A stretch of DNA of 63,298 bases, counting the filler, from an uncultured bacterium (GTDB taxonomy: Bacteria > CAZSTA01): assembly GCA_964609495.1 (NCBI GenBank). It is 8 parts of 8 records of this genome, joined end to end, with 100 filler letters (N's around TTAATTAATTAA, not from the genome) between each part and the next. Parts side by side here need not be neighbours in the genome. Positions count along the whole stretch, not along the records: positions 40,056 to 47,807 come from CAZSTA010000178.1; positions 47,908 to 55,613 come from CAZSTA010000179.1; 6 more parts are not named here. One strand, given 5' to 3'. The notes beneath the pieces were generated by a model that was not told the DNA's origin, did not search any database, and was given only the letters and a program-made list of their open reading frames with translations. The position numbers were made by a program, and so were the translations under genes. Shown piece after piece: positions 40,123-49,600 of this stretch (its first letter is position 1; each line of letters begins with the position of its first letter).

Positions 40123-40830
40123 TCAGCGTAGAGGTCTCTTTTTAGGTATCCCCACTCGCCTAGGATATTTCCCAGGGGTAGGCTTTATCTTTTTTATGAT
40201 GATTAAGTTGTCCTTTTTGAGACTCGTCGGAGATATGACCGTCTTTATATCTTTTATCTCCCCACCTAAGATAGAGATAGCATTCGTAGCTTCTGCGACC
40301 TCATTCATAGGATCAGTCCCCTTCAGGGCTACAACCTCCCCTCCTATCTTCACCAAGGGAAGACAATATTCGCTCATAATAGCAAGAGGAGCTAAAGCTC
40401 TGGCTAGAGCTAAATCGTATTTCTCGCGGTGTTCCTCATCCTTTCCACAAATCTCCGCTCGCTCATTTATAACTCTGGCATTATCAAGTTCCAGGGTGCG
40501 AATTATATGATTTAGAAAGTGAACTTTCCTCTGGCTAGCCTCTATAAGAGTTAAATTCAAGCGAGGATTATATATCTTGAGTGGGATCCCAGGGAAACCC
40601 GCTCCTGCCCCGACATCTACTATCTTCAGCTCCTGAGCGAGATCTCTGGCTTGAAGAAACGTGAAGGAGGAGAATAAATGTTTATCTATAATCTGATGCT
40701 CATCTTCGGCTGAGGTCAAATTTGCCGTTTTATTCCAACGGAGTAGTTCAGATATATAGCGTTGAAGTTGAGTTATCTGGCTGTTAGTCAGTGATAAGTT
40801 GAGATATTCGGATAGCTCCTCTAAGTTCAT
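40123..40830 (-). CDS. rsmG: 16S rRNA m7G527 methyltransferase
   Basis: WNKTANLT, DVGAGAGFPGIPL, ARAL, KYPRRVG. Confidence 0.95.
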   Translation of the reverse strand: MNLEELSEYLNLSLTNSQITQLQRYISELLRWNKTANLTSAEDEHQIIDKHLFSSFTFLQARDLAQELKIVDVGAGAGFPGIPLKIYNPRLNLTLIEASQRKVHFLNHIIRTLELDNARVINERAEICGKDEEHREKYDLALARALAPLAIMSEYCLPLVKIGGEVVALKGTDPMNEVAEATNAISILGGEIKDIKTVISPTSLKKDNLIIIKKIKPTPGKYPRRVGIPKKRPLR

Positions 40831-40851
40831 TCATCTAGTTCCTTATCAGAC

Positions 40852-41925
40852 TTAAGCTTCTTTCGATCTCTGAATATATGGAAAGTCGTCAAGCTCCAAG
40901 TATTCAAATCCCACTTTATCATTCTGGGTGCAGTTGATCGGCAAGCCCATACTCAATTTAGCCAGACATTCTTTATTCTCCGAGAGACAGGGAACAACAT
41001 CATCCTCCTTGCCCTCAGCTATCTTACGTGGCCAATCAGGATCGGCGATCAATTGACGACCGATAGCGATTAGGTCTGCTTTCCCCTCTCGCAATATCTT
41101 CTCCGCTACCTCCGAGGTGTTGATCCTCCCCACGGCGATCACCGGGATATTGACCACCTGCTTTATCTCCCCTGCTAATTCTGCATAAGTTCCCATCTCC
41201 TTTGAGGGACCGGGGCTGGTATAAGCAGAAGTTGCTCCCGCGGAGACATCTATTACCGCCACTCCTGCTTGTTCTAAGGCGATGGCGAATTGCTTCGAAT
41301 CCTCGATCGTAACCCCTCCCGTAGTGAACTCATCGGCGCTGAAGCGATAGAAGATGGGGAAATCGTAGCCAGTAGCTTTGCGCACCGCCTTCACGCATTC
41401 CAAAGCGAAACGCATCCTATTTCCCCTGCTTCCTCCATATCTATCGGTGCGCCGATTAGTGCGCGGGGAGAAAAATCGACTGATGAAGTGCCCATGCGCG
41501 CCATGTATCTCTGCGGCATCAAACCCTACCGCCTCCGCGCGAAGGGCCGCAATGCCGGAGCGAGCATGGATATCCTCTATCTCCTCTATGGTGATCTCGC
41601 GAGCATCCCCCGTAGCTGAAGGCGCAAGGCGTTCTCCTTCAGGTGTCTCATTTCCCACAACTAGCTGGATCGCGATCTTCGCGCCCTCTTTGTGAACTCC
41701 ATCGACCAGAGGAATAAGATCATCTACGAAAGCCATTGAACTGAAGTTATCGATCGAAGTTCCCTCCACTATTATTAATCCTACTCCTCCTTTAGCTCTC
41801 CTCATGTAATAGGATACACCTCTAGGGCTGGTTATATCGAAGTTGGTAGCCATAGGAGCCATAACGATCCTATTTTTCAACTTCAAGTCCCCGATCGTGA
41901 TCGGCTCGAACATCTTTAATTCCAT
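40852..41925 (-). CDS. NADH:flavin oxidoreductase (Old Yellow Enzyme family)
   Basis: LKNRIVMAPM, EIHGAHG, TNRRTDRYGG. Confidence 0.93.
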   Translation of the reverse strand: MELKMFEPITIGDLKLKNRIVMAPMATNFDITSPRGVSYYMRRAKGGVGLIIVEGTSIDNFSSMAFVDDLIPLVDGVHKEGAKIAIQLVVGNETPEGERLAPSATGDAREITIEEIEDIHARSGIAALRAEAVGFDAAEIHGAHGHFISRFFSPRTNRRTDRYGGSRGNRMRFALECVKAVRKATGYDFPIFYRFSADEFTTGGVTIEDSKQFAIALEQAGVAVIDVSAGATSAYTSPGPSKEMGTYAELAGEIKQVVNIPVIAVGRINTSEVAEKILREGKADLIAIGRQLIADPDWPRKIAEGKEDDVVPCLSENKECLAKLSMGLPINCTQNDKVGFEYLELDDFPYIQRSKEA

Positions 41926-42001
41926 GTTATAATCCCCCTTTCTAATCTTCGTTCTCGCTATGTAACCATAACCAATTACTTACTTGAAACTACTTGGAAT
42001 C

Positions 42002-43354
42002 TCATCTCATAGCTACATTCGCCGCTATGGTAAGGGCATCTAGAGCCGAGGCATAAGGAGGAGCATAGCTTAAATCTAGTTCCGCTATCTGCTCAATTGT
42101 CATCTGATTATATAGAGCAGTGGCTAAAACATCTATCCTCTTAGCCGCTCCTTGTTCTCCAATTATCTGTCCTCCAAGTAGCTTTCCGCCCTTCTTATCA
42201 TAGATATATTTAATGTGAAGAGGAGTTACTCCCGGATAGTAGCCGGCGCGATCGGTCGCTTTGATCTTGGAGGTCTCCACTTCATAGCCCAATTTATTCG
42301 CTTCTTCCTCGGTTAAACCGGTTCGAGCCGCTTGAAGATCAAATATCTTACAGACCGCAGTCCCAACTACACCCTTGAAGGTCGAATGTCCTCCCGCTAT
42401 ATTATCTCCTGCTGTCCTTCCCTGTTTGTTAGCTGTGCTTCCTAGAGGGATATAGTTACTGTGTAGAGTTATGATGTTCTTCACCTCGACGCAATCGCCT
42501 GCGGCATAGATACTGTGGGAACTCGTCTTCATCTTCTCATCGACCGCGATCGCTCCAGCAGGCCCAATATCGATCCTAGCCTCTTTAGCTAGTGATACCT
42601 CGGAGCGGATCCCCATCGCCAGAAGAACTATATCAGCCTCGAACTCGCCATCCTCAGTTGTGACTCTTCTCACTACCCCAGAGCTATCACCTTCAAATGA
42701 TTTAACCCCAGCCGAGGTTACAACCTCCGCGCCTTTATTTTGAATCTCCTCTCTTATCAACTCGCTCATATCGGGATCGAAGTTCAGCATAACCCGGGGA
42801 GCCTTCTCTACGACTGTAACCTCCATCCCCACGGTCTTGAAGGACTCCGCCATCTCTAAGCCGATATACCCTGCTCCCACGATAATCGCTCGCCGCGGTC
42901 GCTCTCGCTCTATAAAATCCCTTATCGCTATCCCATCCTCGATATTTCTCAGGGCGAAGATATTCCTTAGATCGATCCCAGGGATAGGGAACTTTGTAGC
43001 CTTAGCACCAGTAGCGATGAGTAACTTGTCATAATCGGCATAGAACTCCTTTCCCTCCTCGAGATTGACGACCTTAACCCGCCGCTTCATTGTATCGATT
43101 TCCACAACCTCATGTCTTATATAAACCTCAATATCCCTCTTGGCAAAATCCTCCGGAGTTCTAGCTATTAATTTCCGATAATCCGTTACGACTCCAGATA
43201 TATAATATGGCAATCCACAAGAGCCGTAAGATACGAAGCTTAATTTCTCAAATACCTTTATTTTAAGGTTGGGATTGGTTCTCTTCGCCTTCGAGGCCGC
43301 GCTCATTCCTGCCGCTACTCCCCCGATTATAACCACCTTTTCCTCATTAGACAA
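42002..43354 (-). CDS. CoA-disulfide reductase / NADH oxidase family
   Basis: GGVAAG, SYGSCGLPY, GAGYIGLE, DLSYAPPY. Confidence 0.92.
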   Translation of the reverse strand: MSNEEKVVIIGGVAAGMSAASKAKRTNPNLKIKVFEKLSFVSYGSCGLPYYISGVVTDYRKLIARTPEDFAKRDIEVYIRHEVVEIDTMKRRVKVVNLEEGKEFYADYDKLLIATGAKATKFPIPGIDLRNIFALRNIEDGIAIRDFIERERPRRAIIVGAGYIGLEMAESFKTVGMEVTVVEKAPRVMLNFDPDMSELIREEIQNKGAEVVTSAGVKSFEGDSSGVVRRVTTEDGEFEADIVLLAMGIRSEVSLAKEARIDIGPAGAIAVDEKMKTSSHSIYAAGDCVEVKNIITLHSNYIPLGSTANKQGRTAGDNIAGGHSTFKGVVGTAVCKIFDLQAARTGLTEEEANKLGYEVETSKIKATDRAGYYPGVTPLHIKYIYDKKGGKLLGGQIIGEQGAAKRIDVLATALYNQMTIEQIAELDLSYAPPYASALDALTIAANVAMR

Positions 43355-43360
43355 GGTCGA

Positions 43361-43549
43361 TCACTCTCCTTTCTCCTCAAATTGAGCTAGGATCTTTCGT
43401 TTAGCCTCCAGTTCATCCTCTACGTTATCCATCTCCATGAGGATTCCAACTTCTGCCGAAGTCGTATGTTTAGGAAGCCTATCTTTCAAATCCTTGAGCT
43501 TAGCTTCGAGTTGAGCTATCTCCTGTCTGAGCTTTTCCTTGTCTATCAT
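43361..43549 (-). CDS. small coiled-coil hypothetical protein
   Basis: ATG at 43549 after GAGGGG; heptad pattern around LPKH. Confidence 0.75.
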   Translation of the reverse strand: MIDKEKLRQEIAQLEAKLKDLKDRLPKHTTSAEVGILMEMDNVEDELEAKRKILAQFEEKGE

Positions 43550-43722
43550 TAACTTGCCCCTCTCTTTCGCCTTAAAAGTCATAAATATCTTCAAAGTTGA
43601 AAAAAAATGAGTCGATTGCTTTTTGAGATAACTTCTCCGATATGGAGGTTTCTCTTATCAAGAATAAGTATAGCATATAAAATTTGATCTGGCAAGATTG
43701 GATTTCTTAAAAGTGAAATTAA

Positions 43723-43756
43723 AAAGGACTCTATCCTAGCTAGGATAGAGTCCTTT
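43723..43756. terminator. perfect 34-bp palindrome ending the trx operon
   Basis: AAAGGACTCTATCCTAG|CTAGGATAGAGTCCTTT. Confidence 0.75.
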
Positions 43757-43776
43757 AACTGTCTAACACGGTGATC

Positions 43777-44046
43777 CTAATGAGGTGCTTTGAGTAAAGC
43801 TTCTATCATCTCTTTTATAACCTCATCGGTAGATTCTCTCTGCTCCGGATGATGCAGGCATTCCATAACATAGTTCTTGACGAGTAAAGTGCTGACGTTG
43901 TAAAGCGCTGCTCTTACAGAAGCCAATTGATTCATAATCTCTCGGCAATCTCTATCCTCCTGTATCATCCGTTGGATGCCCTTCACCTGTCCTTCTATCC
44001 TATTCAGTCTCTTGGTGACACTTTCCTCCATCTCTGATGAGAACAT
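43777..44046 (-). CDS. CsoR/RcnR family repressor (two Cys, no metal-binding His; CstR-like)
   Basis: RLNRIEGQVKGIQRMI..DC.EI..QL; NYVMEC in place of HxxxC. Confidence 0.9.
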   Translation of the reverse strand: MFSSEMEESVTKRLNRIEGQVKGIQRMIQEDRDCREIMNQLASVRAALYNVSTLLVKNYVMECLHHPEQRESTDEVIKEMIEALLKAPH

Positions 44047-44064
44047 TTTGAAGTTCTCCTTAAT

Positions 44065-45015
44065 TCACAAATTCTCGATATATTTCAGAGCAGCCATCGC
44101 GGCTGTTGCTCCCTCTCCCACCGCAGTCACTATCTGTCTCAAGGACTTATGTCGAACGTCCCCTACCGCATAGATACCCGGGGTCGAGGTCTGCATATTC
44201 TCGTCAGTTATTATATACCCATTTTCGTCCCTCTCAACTGAATCGGCGATGAAATCGCTATTGGGCTTAGAGCCGACATAGATAAAGACTCCCTCTGCCT
44301 TTACAGAGCTCCTCTCTCCGGTCTTGACACTGCGCACAATTGCCCCCTCTACTTGGCCATCGCCGCTTATTTCATCCACAACTGTGCTCCAGAGGAAGTC
44401 CACCTTCTTATCCGCAAAAGCCCTGTCCTGAAGTATCTTTACCGCCCTCAGCTCATCTCTACGATGGATCACAGTAACCTTGCTTGCGAACCTGGTAAGG
44501 AAAAGCGCCTCCTCGATCGCGGTATCTCCACCCCCTACAACTAAAACCTCCTTGTCTCTGAAGAAAGCTCCATCACAAGTGGCACAGTAGGATACTCCTC
44601 GACCGGTAAATTTATCCTCCCCAGGAACGTTTAGCTTCCTCGCCTCAGCTCCGGTAGCTACGATCACCGCTTTAGCAGGATAGGAATCTTCAGTCGTTCG
44701 CAATATCTTCTGAGAAGAGGCAAGCTCGATGCTTTTCGCTTCACCTAGCAACACCTCTAAACCGAATCTCCTCGCTTGCTCCTCGATCAATTGCATCAGT
44801 TCGGGGCCGGAGATCCCTTGGGGAAAACCAGGGTAGTTCTCCACGATATCAGTGGTAACTACCTGACCACCAGGCATTAACCTCTCCAACATCACCGTAT
44901 CTAATCCCGCGCGAGTCGCATATATGCCCGCGGTCAATCCACCTGGACCACCCCCGATGATTATCAAATCATATTCCTCTTTTGCTGATCCCTTGGAGAA
45001 GGGAGTTAAATACAT
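44065..45015 (-). CDS. trxB: thioredoxin reductase
   Basis: GGGPGG, GVSYCATCDG, GGGDTA, HRRDE. Confidence 0.96.
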   Translation of the reverse strand: MYLTPFSKGSAKEEYDLIIIGGGPGGLTAGIYATRAGLDTVMLERLMPGGQVVTTDIVENYPGFPQGISGPELMQLIEEQARRFGLEVLLGEAKSIELASSQKILRTTEDSYPAKAVIVATGAEARKLNVPGEDKFTGRGVSYCATCDGAFFRDKEVLVVGGGDTAIEEALFLTRFASKVTVIHRRDELRAVKILQDRAFADKKVDFLWSTVVDEISGDGQVEGAIVRSVKTGERSSVKAEGVFIYVGSKPNSDFIADSVERDENGYIITDENMQTSTPGIYAVGDVRHKSLRQIVTAVGEGATAAMAALKYIENL

Positions 45016-45028
45016 AGTTGTTCCCCCC

Positions 45029-45361
45029 TTAGGAGAGGTGTGATTCTATAATGTTCATTATCTGCTCCTTGGGTCGAGCACCGACGATTCTCTCCACATC
45101 TTTACCTTTATCGAAGAGCATTAAAGTCGGGATCCCGGTTACCCCATAGTTAGAAGCGATAGAGGGACTCTCATCGGTATTGAGCTTAACAACCTTCAAC
45201 TTCCCCACGTTCTCCCTGGCTAAAGCTTCCACCGCAGGAGCGACCATAAAGCAGGGCATACACCAAGGAGCCCAGAAATCCACCAAAACAGGGATGTTAG
45301 ATTCTAAAACCTCTTGCTTGAAGTTGCCATCAGTAACTTCACTCATGTTGTCACCAGCCAT
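45029..45361 (-). CDS. trxA: thioredoxin
   Basis: VDFWAPWCMPC, GIPTL; ATG at 45361 after AGGAGG. Confidence 0.95.
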   Translation of the reverse strand: MAGDNMSEVTDGNFKQEVLESNIPVLVDFWAPWCMPCFMVAPAVEALARENVGKLKVVKLNTDESPSIASNYGVTGIPTLMLFDKGKDVERIVGARPKEQIMNIIESHLS

Positions 45362-45402
45362 TCGATTCTCCTCCTTTTTAATAGATATTTTTAAGGTGTG
45401 GA

Positions 45403-45885
45403 TCACCAAACCTTTATCAGAAAGATCCCGATCATCACTATGGCGATCAGGATTTTGAAGATCGTTCCTCCTACGAAACCGAGCAAAGTTCCCATTCCCG
45501 ACCTTAGAGCTTCTTTCACTCTCTTACCACCTATTAGCTCCAGAGTTATAACCCCAATGATAGGACCTATTATCAAGCCAGCGAGATTAGCCACTATAAA
45601 GCCTATGATCGCGCCGAGCAAGGCTCCGATCATCCCCCACTTACCGGCTCCCATCTTCTTCGCTCCGATAGTAGATGATACATAATCAGTAGCTAAGGCT
45701 ATGCCCATTAGAATAGCTAATATTATCAGCGTTGTGGGAGTTACATCTTTAAATTTGCTAAAATATGCGTATATTAAAGCACCAATCAAGATCAAAGGGG
45801 TGCCAGGTAGTATCGGGAGAAATGTCCCGACTAAGCCGACGATAAACAAGATCGCCGTTACTATGATAACTATAACCTGTAACAT
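45403..45885 (-). CDS. DUF456 family membrane protein
   Basis: GLVGTFLPILPG, GAKKMGAGKWG; ATG at 45885 after GAGGT. Confidence 0.88.
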   Translation of the reverse strand: MLQVIVIIVTAILFIVGLVGTFLPILPGTPLILIGALIYAYFSKFKDVTPTTLIILAILMGIALATDYVSSTIGAKKMGAGKWGMIGALLGAIIGFIVANLAGLIIGPIIGVITLELIGGKRVKEALRSGMGTLLGFVGGTIFKILIAIVMIGIFLIKVW

Positions 45886-45930
45886 ATTACCTCTTCGTGC
45901 TATCTCAACTGTTGGCAGTTCCAACGGAAC

Positions 45931-46017
45931 TTAGCGCCTACTTCAGGTACCACCACAGCCTCTCAGAAAGGCGAAGAAAGCTACTAAAAATAGAACTACA
46001 AGCACTATATCCCACAT
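45931..46017 (-). CDS. 28-aa membrane peptide with in-frame UGA, candidate selenopeptide (MWDIVLVVLFLVAFFAFLRGCGGT-U-SRR)
   Basis: RBS GGAAGGGTG, ATG 46017, TGA 45943-45945, TAA 45931; SECIS-like hairpin 45914-45938. Confidence 0.6.
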
Positions 46018-46029
46018 ATCGCACCCTTC

Positions 46030-46704
46030 CTATTCACCTACTGCTTTGATTAGTTGCTCCATAACCATCTGCTCAGGAGCCGCCCCTTCAAAGCTGATTG
46101 TCTCGTTGATCACCGTCTTAGGCACTCCCCGGACCGCATATCTGTTTGCCAGATAGGGGAACTCTATGCCCTCGATCATATCCGCGGTCACTAGCTCGCT
46201 CTCTACTGCTATCTGATGGGCCAACCTCACCGCGGAAGGACAATAGGGACAAGCCGGGGTGACAAATACTTGGATATGCACCGGTTTCGCTATCTCACTC
46301 AGGGATATCTTCGTCTCCTCGGAGAGGGAGGTTCTCCCTGTAGATACATCTATTATATCCTCTATCAAGCCGATGAACTCATATCCCGAAGGCAAACCAA
46401 AGAATCTGACCTTTCCCTTCGCCTGTCCCTCTATCAAAATGGCAGGTATCTTATCCACTCCATATTCATCGGCTTTCTCCTTATCCTCAATAAAATTGTA
46501 TTTCTCCACTTTGATCTTATCCGAAAGGGAGGCGATCTCAGCTACGATCTGTCCTGTCTCCTTGCAGTATTTACATTCCACACCTTGGGGGAGAATCAGC
46601 TTCGACTCCTTTTGAGTGAAGAAGTGCAAAGTTACCTCGCCTTCCATCTCCTGGGCGAATTTATCTCTTAAGAGCTGTTGATCTTCAGCGGAAAGTAAGC
46701 TCAT
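46030..46704 (-). CDS. protein disulfide oxidoreductase (two thioredoxin folds, AhpF-N-like)
   Basis: CKYC and CPYC, GLPSGYEF, VRGVP. Confidence 0.92.
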   Translation of the reverse strand: MSLLSAEDQQLLRDKFAQEMEGEVTLHFFTQKESKLILPQGVECKYCKETGQIVAEIASLSDKIKVEKYNFIEDKEKADEYGVDKIPAILIEGQAKGKVRFFGLPSGYEFIGLIEDIIDVSTGRTSLSEETKISLSEIAKPVHIQVFVTPACPYCPSAVRLAHQIAVESELVTADMIEGIEFPYLANRYAVRGVPKTVINETISFEGAAPEQMVMEQLIKAVGE

Positions 46705-46737
46705 TTGTATTTCCTCCTCATCAAATTCTAGGGTGCA

Positions 46738-47148
46738 TTATCTCATAACCCTTGCTTGGTCGCTGTAGCTATCCACGGTCATATATTCGAAGTCCCCATT
46801 TAAGACGACTTCTCCACCGACTATACATTCCCACGAATACTTACCCGGTTTTGCGTACGTGTCGAAGTCATCTGGGAAGTAGCAAAAACCCCACTCATCG
46901 CCAGAGACATGTTTTTCAGCCTTGTATTGCTTCCCATCAGGACCAGTAACTACAAACAAAGCCTCGTATGATTCAAGCTCTCCGTATTTATCCCTAACAC
47001 CCAGTTTCACAGAGACGGACTCTGAGGACTGCCAGGTTACATCGGACACACTCTTTTGAGCATTAACCACAACGACAAAGACAATTGGAAGTAAAACGAA
47101 ACACCCCCAAAACAAAATCCATCTCCTTAGCGAAGATCTAACTATCAT
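46738..47148 (-). CDS. exported hypothetical protein, likely inserted cassette
   Basis: signal peptide; RBS GGAGG; GTTAGGC core site 37 nt upstream. Confidence 0.75.
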   Translation of the reverse strand: MIVRSSLRRWILFWGCFVLLPIVFVVVVNAQKSVSDVTWQSSESVSVKLGVRDKYGELESYEALFVVTGPDGKQYKAEKHVSGDEWGFCYFPDDFDTYAKPGKYSWECIVGGEVVLNGDFEYMTVDSYSDQARVMR

Positions 47149-47256
47149 TTTTTTTGCCTCCGTGTCGAAATCATAGGCAATATCGCCTAACTCACCTCTA
47201 TACGAAATATATATAACTCAAGTGGCACATAAAAGTTTTTGCCCGAATAATGCTTA

Positions 47257-47568
47257 CTATTTCTCTATCTTTATAATAACATCCTTGGGCAAAGCCAATC
47301 CCGCTGTCACCTCGATGGCTTTGATTATGGCGCTAGGAACAGGACAGGCGGCGTGGGGAATACATTCGGCGGCTCTCTGGTAGGTCTGAGTCCTCAGAAT
47401 AGAGCCGATCTCCTGAATCGCCTCAACCCTCTTCAACTCTTCAGCTAATTTTTGGATATAAGAACAGGTACTCATTATCTTCAACTCGATATTCATCATA
47501 TCAGATGAATTTCCCTCGATCGTTGTCTTATGTCCACATATCCCTGCCTCTACTAGAACTTTAGCCAT
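47257..47568 (-). CDS. DUF6951-like small Cys protein
   Basis: AGICG, STCSYI, HAACPVPS, AGLALPKD. Confidence 0.8.
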   Translation of the reverse strand: MAKVLVEAGICGHKTTIEGNSSDMMNIELKIMSTCSYIQKLAEELKRVEAIQEIGSILRTQTYQRAAECIPHAACPVPSAIIKAIEVTAGLALPKDVIIKIEK

Positions 47569-47592
47569 ATCTCCTCCTCAATATATATATAT

Positions 47593-47644
47593 ATACCCCT
47601 ACCCCCTATGTCCACATTATACCAAAGTTTTGGAATTTTGTCAA
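47593..47644 (-). promoter_or_regulatory. operon promoter with CsoR-family operator
   Basis: TTGACA-17 bp-TATAAT (47644-47616); G/C-tract ATACCCCTACCCCCTAT at 47593-47609. Confidence 0.7.
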
Positions 47645-47907
47645 GGGTTTTTTTGAGGCGATGCATATAAAATCTGGGATCTGAGATCTAATTTACTCTG
47701 TATTACACTCTCCTCCTATCCCCCTCCCGTCTTGGTTTTTGAACTTATAATCGGAGTATCATATTCTTAGTTCTTCGTTAGGGAGTTAAAGACTAATTCC
47801 CCCTCACNNNNNNNNNNNNNNNNNNNNNNNNNNNNNNNNNNNNNNNNNNNNTTAATTAATTAANNNNNNNNNNNNNNNNNNNNNNNNNNNNNNNNNNNNN
47901 NNNNNNN

Positions 47908-49554
47908 GACTTGCAGGGGGATCGAACCTTCTACGACCTCTATCAGGGGGAGGAGGATGAGAAGGCGATAGAATATAGTCTAAAGGCGGGAGAGAGAGCA
48001 AGAGGGATATATGCCAACGAAGAGGCTATAAAGTTTTATAAGATGGCTCTTCAATTGCTCGAAAAATTGGAAGATGACTTCCTGCGAAAGAGCGAGGTTA
48101 GAGATAAGCTGGGAGATACTTATGGACTTATTGGAGAGTATGATAAAGCGCTATCCTATTATGAATCTGCTCTCTCACTGCTCTCTAAGGAGAGAGCGAT
48201 ACTTCCCTTTATGAGGGCGGAGTTAAATTGCGATATAGGAGAGATATATGATAAAAAGGGAGATTATGAAGAGGCTTTGCGCTATCTAAACCTTGCTTTA
48301 GAGTCACTATCAGATAGAGATGTCGAAGAGGCGGGTAAGATATATAGCATTATGGGAAGAGTGTATGAGAGGACTGGGGAGTATGATAAAGCCCTAGATC
48401 ATCACTTGCAGGCTCTTCAGCTTGCTGAAAGGAGTGAGGAGACCGTTAAAGCTTATGACGATCTAGGTGGCGTCTATTACTGCAAAGGAGAGCTTGATAA
48501 AGCCAGCGAATACTGTGAACGTAGCTTAGAGATGGGGTTGAAAATCGGATATCTGCAAGAGGTCGCAAACGCCTATAATAATCTGAGGTTCATCTACTGG
48601 AGCAAGGGGGAGATGGATAAAGCCCTAAAATCCGCTCAAGAGGCTCTGTTGATAAAGGTGAAGATAGGCGATGTGGAGGGGATAGTCCGAGCGCACAGCG
48701 CTTTAGCGAGCATATATTCCTTTAGGGGAGAATCTGAGGTAGCTCTCGATCACCTTCAGAGCGCTTTGGAGATGGCGAAGAAGATAGGCGATGCCCGAGG
48801 AGCAGCGATATCCTATAATGATCTGGGGCTTGCTTACTGGACGGAAGATGAATGGGATAAGGCGATAGAGAGCTATAAGGATAGCCTGATGAGATTCGAG
48901 GAGATCGGGCATATCCAGGGGATAGCAGTAGTAGCTAATAATTTAGGGGATATATATTGTAATAAAGGCGATTTTGAACAGGCTATAAAATACTTTGAGC
49001 AGAGCATAGAGCTGAAGGAGAAGATGGGGAATAGGACGGGAGTTGCTCTTTCTATAGGTGGGTTGGGACTCGTTTACTCTGAGAGGGGCGATTGGAAGAG
49101 GGCGATAGGATATTATCAAGAGAGCTTGAAGATCTCGGAGGAGATAGGATACATTCCGATTATGATCAAGGTCAATCGTGAGCTAGCCAGAGCTTATGCT
49201 AACTTGAAGGAGATAGAGAGAGCGAAGGAATGCTTCCAGAAAGCTCTTGATGGGGTTTCCAGGGAAGACGATAAATTAGAGTTGGGGCGAGTCTATAGAA
49301 CAGGAGGGATCGTCTATAGGGAGGCGGGTGATTTAGATCTATCAGAACAATATTTCCGAGAAGGGATGGAGATATTCAAGGAATTGGATAGCAAATACGA
49401 TATGGGGCAACTATACTACGAGTTTGGGATATATTTAGAGAAGACTGGGGATAAGGAGAGCGCTATAGATTATTGGCAGGATGCCTTGGACGTATTCGAG
49501 GCGTTTGGAGCTAAAGAGATGAACAGGAAAGTAGTAAATAAATTAGGGATGTAA
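47908..49554 (+). CDS. TPR repeat protein, 5' truncated (probably the C terminus of a larger ATPase/cyclase-type protein)
   Basis: KAIEYSLKAGERA...YANEEA followed by many TPR units. Confidence 0.85.
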   Translation, partial: DLQGDRTFYDLYQGEEDEKAIEYSLKAGERARGIYANEEAIKFYKMALQLLEKLEDDFLRKSEVRDKLGDTYGLIGEYDKALSYYESALSLLSKERAILPFMRAELNCDIGEIYDKKGDYEEALRYLNLALESLSDRDVEEAGKIYSIMGRVYERTGEYDKALDHHLQALQLAERSEETVKAYDDLGGVYYCKGELDKASEYCERSLEMGLKIGYLQEVANAYNNLRFIYWSKGEMDKALKSAQEALLIKVKIGDVEGIVRAHSALASIYSFRGESEVALDHLQSALEMAKKIGDARGAAISYNDLGLAYWTEDEWDKAIESYKDSLMRFEEIGHIQGIAVVANNLGDIYCNKGDFEQAIKYFEQSIELKEKMGNRTGVALSIGGLGLVYSERGDWKRAIGYYQESLKISEEIGYIPIMIKVNRELARAYANLKEIERAKECFQKALDGVSREDDKLELGRVYRTGGIVYREAGDLDLSEQYFREGMEIFKELDSKYDMGQLYYEFGIYLEKTGDKESAIDYWQDALDVFEAFGAKEMNRKVVNKLGM

Positions 49555-49600
49555 AGGAAACTTTTGCTTCCAATAGGACTCAAGGTTAAAAAGTTTCCTT

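Noticed and set aside
46030-46704. Selenocysteine in the disulfide oxidoreductase, TrxA or TrxB
   Set aside because: All their redox motifs (CKYC, CPYC, CMPC, CATC) use Cys codons in uninterrupted frames.
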